Positions 26,738 to 34,598 of a stretch of 44,858 nt of DNA are shown here, in pieces. The position numbers and the translations under genes were made by a program. Location: the NCBI GenBank assembly GCA_036584565.1, contig JAZHDF010000082.1:1-44858 (forward strand), given 5' to 3'. Each line of letters starts with the position of its first letter. Position 1 is the first letter of the stretch. This DNA is from Candidatus Moraniibacteriota bacterium. Its GTDB lineage: Bacteria; Patescibacteriota; Minisyncoccia; Moranbacterales; UBA9337. The notes beneath the pieces are model-generated. The model ran no database searches, was not told the DNA's origin, and was given only the letters and a program-made list of their open reading frames with translations.

Positions 26738-26851
26738 ACTCCCACAAATTAAATTGATTATTTTGCTTCTTAAATTCTTAACCTCCCAAATTCCCAACTT
26801 CCCGATCACAATTCGAGTCATTAGCGTAATATTTGCAAATTAGTGTCGTCT

Positions 26852-27271
26852 TTATTCAACCTTAATCCCCATTGATCGAGCGGTTCCCTCGATAATTTTC
26901 ATCGCTCCTTCGATATCATCCGCATTCAAATCTTCCATTTTCTTCTCGGCGATTTCTTTTACTTGAGCTTTGGTAACCTTGCCCACTTTATCTTTAAGCG
27001 GATTGCCGGCACCTTTCTCTACACCGGCCGCTTTTTTTAGCAAATCGGCTGCCGGAGAAGTCTTCATTATAAAAGAAAAGCTTCTGTCTTCATAAACGGA
27101 AATTTCCACCGGCACAATGTCTCCCATTCGCTCTTTACTTTTATCGTTAAACTGGGAACAGAAATCTTGAATATTGACCCCGTGCTGACCCAAGGCCGGT
27201 CCCACCGGAGGAGCCGGATTGGCCTTGCCGGCCGGTATTTGAAGTTTTATAACAGTTTTTACTTTTGCCAT
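26852..27271 (-). CDS. rplK: 50S ribosomal protein L11
   Basis: [34 protein letters not shown]. Confidence 0.97.
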   Translation of the reverse strand: MAKVKTVIKLQIPAGKANPAPPVGPALGQHGVNIQDFCSQFNDKSKERMGDIVPVEISVYEDRSFSFIMKTSPAADLLKKAAGVEKGAGNPLKDKVGKVTKAQVKEIAEKKMEDLNADDIEGAMKIIEGTARSMGIKVE

Positions 27272-27279
27272 ATATTTCT

Positions 27280-27314
27280 GGTAACTAGTAACCGGTAATC
27301 AGTAACTAGTAATA
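27280..27314 (-). repeat. Five tandem heptamers (plus strand RGTAAYN; mRNA strand TTACYNR) in the rplK 5' leader
   Basis: GGTAACT AGTAACC GGTAATC AGTAACT AGTAATA, ending 8 nt before the ATG. Confidence 0.8.
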
Positions 27315-27375
27315 AATAATTTAATCTTATAACTTATTTGTATATTCTTATAAATTCGTAATTGGTAAAAAATCG

Positions 27376-27921
27376 CTAGATTTTCTTAATTTGTAAAAAG
27401 TCCAATTCGACCGGAGTTTCACGACCGAAAATTGAGACTGAAACCTTAACCTTACCCCTCTCCTCGTCAATTTCCTTGATTTTTCCTTCATGCTCTTTAA
27501 ACGGTCCGTCGATAATTTTAACCGACTCACCCTCTTTGATATCAATCTTATATTTAGGCTCAGCCACCCCGATTCTTTTTTTGAGATTATTTATCTCTTC
27601 CATACTGATAGGTGTCGGAGTGGTTCCCAATCCGATAAATCCGGTCACATTGGGAGTGTTACGCACCACATACCAGGAAGCATCGGTCACGATCATGTCC
27701 ACCAATACATATCCGGGATAAATTCTCTCTTCCACTGTCACTCTTTTTCCGCCCTTGATCTTTATTTTTTTCTCTTTGGGAACAATAACATCAAAAATCA
27801 AATCCTGCATATCCATAGATTCGATTCTTTGCTTCAAATTGTAAGCCACATTATCTTCGTAACCGGAATAAGTATGCAAGACATACCAAGAACGACCGTG
27901 GTGTTGACTTTGCTTTGCCAT
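27376..27921 (-). CDS. nusG: Transcription termination/antitermination factor NusG
   Basis: 181 aa with an NGN domain (WYVLHTYSGYEDNV) and a KOW domain (GESVKIIDGPFKEHEGKIKEID). Confidence 0.95.
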   Translation of the reverse strand: MAKQSQHHGRSWYVLHTYSGYEDNVAYNLKQRIESMDMQDLIFDVIVPKEKKIKIKGGKRVTVEERIYPGYVLVDMIVTDASWYVVRNTPNVTGFIGLGTTPTPISMEEINNLKKRIGVAEPKYKIDIKEGESVKIIDGPFKEHEGKIKEIDEERGKVKVSVSIFGRETPVELDFLQIKKI

Positions 27922-27927
27922 ATATTT

Positions 27928-27962
27928 AGTAATCAGTAACTAGTAATTAGTAACTGGTAAAA
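27928..27962 (-). repeat. Five tandem heptamers in the nusG 5' leader
   Basis: AGTAATC AGTAACT AGTAATT AGTAACT GGTAAAA. The proximal context AAATATATGGCAAA is the same as for rplK. Confidence 0.8.
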
Positions 27963-28005
27963 TTATTAAATAGATAAAAAAATTAAATACCGTGAAATAG
28001 TCAAA

Positions 28006-28191
28006 CTACTTTATAATAAACTTCTTTAAAATCATCCCGAATAAATAGTCCAACCCGCCCAAAAACAAAGCTACCGCCAAACTGACTCCGATTATTATCA
28101 ACGTATAATTCAGAGCTTGTTTTTTGGTCGGCCAATTGACTTTTATCAATTCCGCTTTGGCGTCCAAAATAAAATCGTAAATTTTTTTCAT
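28006..28191 (-). CDS. secE: Preprotein translocase subunit SecE
   Basis: 61 aa. ELIKVNWPTKKQ followed by a single TM helix. It sits upstream of nusG as in most bacteria. Confidence 0.85.
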   Translation of the reverse strand: MKKIYDFILDAKAELIKVNWPTKKQALNYTLIIIGVSLAVALFLGGLDYLFGMILKKFIIK

Positions 28192-28230
28192 TTTTTTTTA
28201 AATTTAAGGCTTGAGAATTAAACCTTTTTT

Positions 28231-28253
28231 AAAAAGCCTTGAGAGGCTTTTTT
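28231..28253 (-). terminator. efp terminator (bidirectional)
   Basis: AAAAAGCC-ttgaga-GGCTTTTTT. Confidence 0.65.
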
Positions 28254-28348
28254 ATAGATTAACTATATAGCAAAAAGCCGACTTTGTCAAACAATACTTT
28301 TTTTAAAAATCCGAAAATATAGCAACCTCAATCCTACAGCCGAAAAAA

Positions 28349-28906
28349 CTAGGCGCGAGAAACATATTCACCCTTTTCGGTATTAACGACAATTTTATCG
28401 CCCTTATTGATAAATAACGGAGTGGTTATCTTGGCGCCGGTTTCCACCGTTACCAATTTATCTCCGCTCGAAGCGGTATCGCCTTTGATTCCCGGAGGCG
28501 CTTCGACTACCGTTAACTCAACTTTGACCGGCAATTCGATATTGATGGGATTACCGTTAAAATTAATAATTGAAACTTCCACTCCCTCCACCAAATAATC
28601 GGCCATTTCTCCGATAACTTTCTTGGCTAGAAAAAATTGCTCATAATCGGCCGTATCCATAAAGGTAAAACCGTCTCCGTCCTGATAAAGATATTGGGCG
28701 TAAGTTTTTTCTATATCCGCCTCATCCACTTTGTCGGCTCCCTGAAAAGTTTTTTCCAAAACCGCGCCGGTAACCAAATTTTTTAATTTGGTTCGTAAAA
28801 CCGCGCCGGCTCGACCCGTCTTGGAATGCTCATCCCAAATAACCTTGAAAGGCTCGCCCTCCACTACGATATTTTTCCCCGCTTTTATTTTTGAAATGTT
28901 TAACAT
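28349..28906 (-). CDS. efp: Elongation factor P, Arg32 type
   Basis: 185 aa. The loop HSKTGRAGAVLRTKLKNLVTGA has Arg (codon 28811-28813) where Lys34-type EF-P has Lys. Confidence 0.93.
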   Translation of the reverse strand: MLNISKIKAGKNIVVEGEPFKVIWDEHSKTGRAGAVLRTKLKNLVTGAVLEKTFQGADKVDEADIEKTYAQYLYQDGDGFTFMDTADYEQFFLAKKVIGEMADYLVEGVEVSIINFNGNPINIELPVKVELTVVEAPPGIKGDTASSGDKLVTVETGAKITTPLFINKGDKIVVNTEKGEYVSRA

Positions 28907-29001
28907 AATTTATCCAAGACACAAATTCCAAGATACAATTTCCAAACAATTTACAAATATTGAACCATTAAACAAAAAATTGAATTTTTTATTTTTTAAT
29001 T

Positions 29002-29021
29002 CCTGCCTGCCGGCAGGCAGG
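29002..29021. other. Perfect GC-rich 20-bp palindrome CCTGCCTGCC/GGCAGGCAGG between rpsR and efp
   Basis: Seen directly. The T-rich flank is on the plus strand only, and TCCAAG-type words lie on both sides. Confidence 0.5.
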
Positions 29022-29052
29022 TGTTTGCTTCTTGTTTCTTGAAGCTTGGATC

Positions 29053-29262
29053 TTATTTAATAACAATCGGCGTTATCGCCATTATTCTCGATCGCTTGAT
29101 CGCCCGAGTCAAAATTCGCTGATGCTTGGTGCAAGTTCCGAATCTTCGAGGAGGATAAATTTTTCCCTGAGAATTGACAAATCTTCTCAATAAATCGGCA
29201 TTTTTGTAATCTATTTTATCAACTTTATCCTGGCAAAACTGACAAGTCTTTTTTTCTATCAT
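29053..29262 (-). CDS. rpsR: 30S ribosomal protein S18
   Basis: 69 aa. IDYKNADLLRRFVNSQGKIYPPRRFGTCTKHQR. Confidence 0.93.
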   Translation of the reverse strand: MIEKKTCQFCQDKVDKIDYKNADLLRRFVNSQGKIYPPRRFGTCTKHQRILTRAIKRSRIMAITPIVIK

Positions 29263-29347
29263 TTTTTTATGGCTTAAATATATATTAGATATAATTTAAT
29301 ATAACAAGCTTATTTTACTTATATAACCTACCTATTTCATTATTTAA

Positions 29348-29869
29348 TTAAAACGGGACATCTTCTATCTTTATCTCTTCTTGCTCTTCATCCAGATTGA
29401 TAGTCGGAATTTCTTCCTCTGCCGGAGCGGGGGCCGGATTGTTGGCCGGAGCATTTTGACTTTGATTTTGATTTTGGTTGGCCGGAGCGACATTGTTGCT
29501 TGCCGGTCGAGCGGAATTATAGTTGCCTTGTCCGGCCCCTTGCGGTTTGGCTCCGAATTGCATCTCTGTAGCCACCACTTCCGTCACTCTTCTCTCCACA
29601 TTATCCTTGCCGACATAACTTCTGGTTTGCAATCTTCCCTCAAAAAAAGCTTCTTGACCTTTGACCAGATATTGACCGGCCACTTCGGCCAATTTTCCGA
29701 AAATTACAATATTATGGAATTCGGTGTTTTCTTGTTTTTGTCCGTTTTTGTCGGTCCAAAAACTGTTGGTTGCCAAAGAAATACTGGCCACGGTCGAACC
29801 GGTATTGGTGGTTCTGATTTCCGGATCGCGAGTTAGCCGTCCCACCAAAGTTACTTTATTGATATTCAT
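29348..29869 (-). CDS. ssb: Single-stranded DNA-binding protein
   Basis: OB fold (MNINKVTLVGRLTRDPE), a Q/N/P-rich linker and an acidic tip EDVPF. Confidence 0.93.
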   Translation of the reverse strand: MNINKVTLVGRLTRDPEIRTTNTGSTVASISLATNSFWTDKNGQKQENTEFHNIVIFGKLAEVAGQYLVKGQEAFFEGRLQTRSYVGKDNVERRVTEVVATEMQFGAKPQGAGQGNYNSARPASNNVAPANQNQNQSQNAPANNPAPAPAEEEIPTINLDEEQEEIKIEDVPF

Positions 29870-29915
29870 ATTTTTTTGAAAACAAAAACCCGAGTTGTTG
29901 TTTTCGATTTAAGAA

Positions 29916-30572
29916 TTATATATTTAGGATTTCATCCAGCTTCTCGTCAATATCGTCTCCCAAAATATTTTCCGCTTCTTTTTTCTTGGCAACTTTTTTC
30001 TTCGGTTCGGCTTTTTTTTCTTTCGGCGCAGCTTCTTCGATTTTCTCTTCCTTCTTCTCTGCTTTTTCTTCCTTAACTTCCTCAACCTCCTCGACTTGCT
30101 CCTCCTTTACTTCTTCCTTCTCAACGGTAACAACCTCCGCTTTTTTTTCTTCAACTTTTTCGGTTATCTTTTCCACTTTCGGCTTTTCTTCTTTTCTAAA
30201 CTCCCTTTTTTCCTCCGTAACTCTTTCTTCGCTCAATTCCAAATCTTTCAAAGGTGGTAAATCGTCGGTTTTAATCAAAATATAACGCAAAAGATTTTGA
30301 TTAAAACGCAATTCTTTGTTTATTTCTCCCATTATATCATAATCCGGATACAATTCCTCCCGCTCATCCTTGGAAGGGATGGTAAATCTTCTTGCCACAT
30401 AAGTGCCTCTCTTTTCCCCCTTGATTTCATAAGCCATCCTTCTCTTGCGCAAAAATTCCCCCTCTGAAAAAACACCTTTATGCTTGGTGATTATACCTTC
30501 GATCTCCGGTCTGATTTTTTCCAAATCAGCCTCTTTTGACTCTCCGATGAGATAACAAATTTCATATTCCAT
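29916..30572 (-). CDS. rpsF: 30S ribosomal protein S6 with a long Lys/Glu-rich C-terminal extension
   Basis: MEYEICYLIG... S6 core of about 100 aa, followed by a ~115-aa KE-rich tail. ATG at 30572; the track ORF starts at 30587. Confidence 0.88.
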   Translation of the reverse strand: MEYEICYLIGESKEADLEKIRPEIEGIITKHKGVFSEGEFLRKRRMAYEIKGEKRGTYVARRFTIPSKDEREELYPDYDIMGEINKELRFNQNLLRYILIKTDDLPPLKDLELSEERVTEEKREFRKEEKPKVEKITEKVEEKKAEVVTVEKEEVKEEQVEEVEEVKEEKAEKKEEKIEEAAPKEKKAEPKKKVAKKKEAENILGDDIDEKLDEILNI

Positions 30573-30636
30573 ATTTTTTTTAAACAATCAATATCTGCGT
30601 GAGATAAAAACTGCTCTAAATTATTAAAAAAATAAA

Positions 30637-30720
30637 CTTACCAAAAAAGTCCGACTTTGGTAAGTTTATCAGATGTCTTATCCTTCTCGATTAGAAGGCG
30701 AAACACCTCGGGACTTTTTT
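30637..30720 (-). promoter_or_regulatory. rpsF leader with mutually exclusive hairpins (attenuator-like)
   Basis: Terminator-like CTTACCAAA/TTTGGTAAG (30637-30664) is followed on the minus strand by TTTATTTTTTT. It competes with a long-range pairing of AAAAAAGTCC (30643-30652) with GGACTTTTTT (30711-30720), which encloses hairpin CCTTC/GAAGG. Confidence 0.35.
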
Positions 30721-30778
30721 GATTGTAATTAAACTAAACGCTATCGGGCAAAAATTATTCTTCGAACCGGAAAAACTG

Positions 30779-30864
30779 AATTATTTCCCCGAAAAGGATT
30801 TTTTTTCGCAGCTGCCGGATGAAATGGAAGGCCGGAGAAAAAGAAACTTTTCGGGGAAATAATT
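30779..30864 (-). terminator. Perfect 18-bp stem with a 50-nt loop downstream of rpoC
   Basis: AATTATTTCCCCGAAAAG (30779-30796) pairs with CTTTTCGGGGAAATAATT (30847-30864). It is followed on the minus strand by CAGTTTTTCC. Confidence 0.45.
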
Positions 30865-30923
30865 ATTTCACCTTACACTGATTACTACCAGCTTAACAAC
30901 CTCTCGCGCAAATGTCAACTTTC

Positions 30924-33900
30924 TTATTCATTATCGCGAAAACCGCTTCCGGCCGGAATCAATCTTCCGATAATCACATTTTCCTTGAGACCTTTCAACG
31001 TATCTTCTTTGCTCTCTACGGAAGCATTGATCAATACCCTGGCAGTCTCGATAAAGGAAGCTGCGCTCAAGAATGATTCGGTGGAAAGCGCTACTTTGGT
31101 AATTCCGAGAATAACCGGCTTGCCTTTGGCTGATTTCTTTCCTTTACCCTTGGCCTTTTCATTGACCGTTTCAAACCTCTCTCGACTGACCACATCGCCC
31201 GCCAACAATTCAGTCTCGCCCGAATCATCAACTTTTATCCGGCTCAACATCTGTCGAATAATAACCTCAATATGCTTATCATTTATACCCTCTCCTTGGG
31301 AAGCGTAAATTTCCTGAATTTCCCGAACGATATAACGATGGACCGCTTCATACCCCATCACTTTGTAAAGCTTCTTCAAATCGATATGCCCTTCGGACAA
31401 AACTGCGCCTTCCGGCACCAATTCACCTTGGGAAACTTTGATCGTGGCATTGGAAGGAAGTTGATATTCTTTTATCTCATTCTTATCCTGGGCTGATTCT
31501 ATTTTGATAGTGGTATATTTACCTTTGGCGTCAGTCTCGATACTTCTTACATTTCCGCTCACTTCCGAAATCAAAGCTTCTCCTTTGGGCGGACGCACTT
31601 CAAAAATTTCTTCTACTCGAGGCAAACCTTGGGTGATGTCCGAACCGGCTACTCCTCCGATATGGAAAGTACGCATGGTAAGCTGGGTGCCGGGCTCTCC
31701 GATTGCTTGAGCCGCCACAATTCCGACTGCTTCACCTTTCTTGACCAATCCGCCTCTACCCAGATCCAATCCGTAACATTTTTGACAAACACCGACTCTG
31801 GTTTTACAACTCACCACACTTCTGATTTTAACTTTTTCAATATTGCATTTTTCAATCTCCTTGGCTTGTTCGGAAGTCACCAATTCACCTTTACCGGCCA
31901 ATTTTTTCTTACTCTTGGGATCGATTACATCCTCCAAGAGAGTTCTTCCGGCTACTCTGTCGGCAAAACTTTGACCGATTCTGTCGGAATCCTCTTTGTA
32001 CAAATATGCGCCTTCTTTGTCTCCGCAGTCTTCTTCTCTGACCACAATATCCTGACTCACATCCACCAAGCGACGAGTCAAATATCCGGCAGTCGCGGTT
32101 CGAAGAGCCGTATCGGCCATACCTTTTCTGGCTCCGTGAGTGGACATAAAATATTCCAACACATTCAAGCCTTCTTTAAAGGAACTCTTGACCGGCAATT
32201 CCATCGTTTCACCGCTGGCGTCGGCCATCAAACCCTTCATACCGGTCATCTGTACCACCACCGACTCGCTTCCTCTCGCCTTGGAATACACCATGGCATA
32301 AACCGGACCCTCTTTGTCCAAAGTTTCTCGCACTTTGTCGGTTATTCTATTTTTGGCCTCGTTCCAAATTTCAATCGATTTATTTTTCTTCTCTTCGGCG
32401 GTCAAAAGACCCATATTGTATTGATCCATCACTAGATTTATTTTGTCTTCCGATTCCTTCAGGATTTTGCCTTTTTCTTTGGGTACCGCCAAATCGTCCA
32501 TTCCCCAACTTATTCCCGATTTTCCGGCCGCTTTGAAACCCAAGTTTTTTACGCTATCGACAAATTCGGCTGTTCGCTCTTGACCGACCGCCACAATCAT
32601 TTTGGAAACTATCTTCTTTAATTCCCCTTTGGTCATCTCGGCATTGACAAATCTCAATTCCTCCGGCAAAAGCTCGTTAAACATAATTCTTCCGACCGAA
32701 GTTTCCAATAGCTCCCCGTTGATAACAACTTTGATATTGGAATTGATTTTCAAGTGACCCAATTGATAAGCCATCAAAGATTCCTCGATTGAAGAGAAAG
32801 CTTTAATTTTTTTATCTTGGGATTCTTTGATGTGAGTCAGATAATAAATACCCAAAACGATATCCAAAGTCGGGATAGTAATCGGATCGCCGCTGGCCGG
32901 CTTCAAAAGATTTTTGGAAGAAAGCATCATATTGGCGCTCTCTTCACGAGCCTTGTCAGTCAACGGAACATGCACCGCCATCTGATCTCCGTCGAAATCC
33001 GCGTTGAAAGCGCTACACACCATCGGATGAAGCTGGATAGCCTTACCCTCGATAAGCACCGGTTGAAAAGCCTGAATAGAAAGACGATGGAGGGTGGGAG
33101 CACGATTCAAAAGTACATAATGCTTTCGAATAATATCATCCAAAATTTCATAAGCGATTTCCGTCTCGGTATCCACCATTCGACCGGCCATTCTGACATT
33201 ATGAGCATGCTCTTTTTCAATCAGCTTGTTGATAATGAAAGGTTTAAACAATTCCAAAGCCATCTTTTTGGGCAGACCGACTTGATGAAGTTTCAATTGC
33301 GGTCCGACCACGATCACGCTTCGACCGGAATAGTCAACTCTTTTTCCCAAAAGGTTTTGACGAAAACGACCTTGTTTTCCCTTGAGCGAATCCGCCAAAG
33401 ATCGCAAAGGTCTTTTTTGTCCGGTAGAAGCCGCTACAGAAGCGTGGGATCGACGCATACTGTTGTCAAACAAAGAGTCCACTGCTTCTTGCAACATTCT
33501 CTTTTCATTTCTGGTGATAACCTCCGGCGCCCCCAGACTGATTAATTTTTTCAAGCGATTGTTTCTGTTGATAATCCTTCGATACAAATCGTTTAAATCG
33601 CTGGTCGCATAACGACCGCCGTTAAGAGCCACCATCGGACGAAGATCGGGTGGAATAACCGGGATAACGGTCGGAAACATCCATTCCAATTCCAAACCGG
33701 AATCCTTGAAGCCTTGTAAAAGCTTGATTCTTCTAATTATTTTTTGATCATTGGTCTTACCGGCTTCGTTCAACTCCTTTTTTAATTGAGTAATGGAAGA
33801 ATCGATATTTAACTCCGAGAGTAAAGAACGAATCGCTTCCGCCCCGATCCCGGCGGTAAAAACTTGTCCGGCCTGAGAAGAAAGATTAAAATAATCCACT

Positions 33901-34511
33901 TCCGACAAAACTTGAAACAATTTTAAATTTTTGACTTCATTGGCGATATAATCGTATTGACTTTTGATATCTTCCGCTTTAACTGAAGCCTCGGCTTCGT
34001 CTTTAATTTCTTTTTTAACCTTTTTAATCTTATTTTTGTACTCTTTTTTAGCTTGATCAAGGAAGTCTTTTTTCTTTTCTTCATCCACACCGGTAACTAT
34101 ATAAGCGGAAAAATAAACCACTCTTTCCAAATTTTGATAAGACAAACCCAAAGCCAAACCGACTCGAGAAGGCACACTGCGCAAAAACCAAATATGAGAA
34201 ACCGGCACCGCCAATTGGATATGCCCCATCCTTTCTCTTCGCACGCTGGATTTGGTCACTTCCACTCCGCATTTATCGCAAACTATTCCCTTATAACGAA
34301 TTCTTTTGTACTTTCCGCAATAACATTCCCAGTCCTTGGCCGGACCGAAGATTTTTTCGCAAAAAAGACCGTCTTTTTCGTAGCGTTGAGTCCGATAATT
34401 GATAGTCTCGGGCTTGGTTACTTCGCCTCTGGACCAACCCAAGATCTTATCCGGACTGGCGAGACTTAAGCGGACGCTTTTGAAATCACTTACTCCTGTA
34501 TTATTTTCCAT
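30924..34511 (-). CDS. rpoC: DNA-directed RNA polymerase subunit beta'
   Basis: 1195 aa with the NADFDGD active site and a Zn-binding CYCGKYKRIRYKGIVCDKCGVEV. Confidence 0.98.
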   Translation of the reverse strand: MENNTGVSDFKSVRLSLASPDKILGWSRGEVTKPETINYRTQRYEKDGLFCEKIFGPAKDWECYCGKYKRIRYKGIVCDKCGVEVTKSSVRRERMGHIQLAVPVSHIWFLRSVPSRVGLALGLSYQNLERVVYFSAYIVTGVDEEKKKDFLDQAKKEYKNKIKKVKKEIKDEAEASVKAEDIKSQYDYIANEVKNLKLFQVLSEVDYFNLSSQAGQVFTAGIGAEAIRSLLSELNIDSSITQLKKELNEAGKTNDQKIIRRIKLLQGFKDSGLELEWMFPTVIPVIPPDLRPMVALNGGRYATSDLNDLYRRIINRNNRLKKLISLGAPEVITRNEKRMLQEAVDSLFDNSMRRSHASVAASTGQKRPLRSLADSLKGKQGRFRQNLLGKRVDYSGRSVIVVGPQLKLHQVGLPKKMALELFKPFIINKLIEKEHAHNVRMAGRMVDTETEIAYEILDDIIRKHYVLLNRAPTLHRLSIQAFQPVLIEGKAIQLHPMVCSAFNADFDGDQMAVHVPLTDKAREESANMMLSSKNLLKPASGDPITIPTLDIVLGIYYLTHIKESQDKKIKAFSSIEESLMAYQLGHLKINSNIKVVINGELLETSVGRIMFNELLPEELRFVNAEMTKGELKKIVSKMIVAVGQERTAEFVDSVKNLGFKAAGKSGISWGMDDLAVPKEKGKILKESEDKINLVMDQYNMGLLTAEEKKNKSIEIWNEAKNRITDKVRETLDKEGPVYAMVYSKARGSESVVVQMTGMKGLMADASGETMELPVKSSFKEGLNVLEYFMSTHGARKGMADTALRTATAGYLTRRLVDVSQDIVVREEDCGDKEGAYLYKEDSDRIGQSFADRVAGRTLLEDVIDPKSKKKLAGKGELVTSEQAKEIEKCNIEKVKIRSVVSCKTRVGVCQKCYGLDLGRGGLVKKGEAVGIVAAQAIGEPGTQLTMRTFHIGGVAGSDITQGLPRVEEIFEVRPPKGEALISEVSGNVRSIETDAKGKYTTIKIESAQDKNEIKEYQLPSNATIKVSQGELVPEGAVLSEGHIDLKKLYKVMGYEAVHRYIVREIQEIYASQGEGINDKHIEVIIRQMLSRIKVDDSGETELLAGDVVSRERFETVNEKAKGKGKKSAKGKPVILGITKVALSTESFLSAASFIETARVLINASVESKEDTLKGLKENVIIGRLIPAGSGFRDNE

Positions 34512-34598
34512 AAGTTTTGGAAAAGATTAGTCAAAACCATTTTTGGTTTAATGAACTAACTTGAAATATTATGAAGTTATTTAAAAATTATAAATTAT

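Noticed and set aside
29916-30250. The Lys/Glu-rich C-terminal ~115 aa of S6 as a separate gene or coding repeat of interest
   Set aside because: It is a continuous frame with the S6 core and is a low-complexity charged tail of the kind often appended to ribosomal proteins. The plus-strand ORFs 29876-30076 and 29986-30285 are shadows of it.
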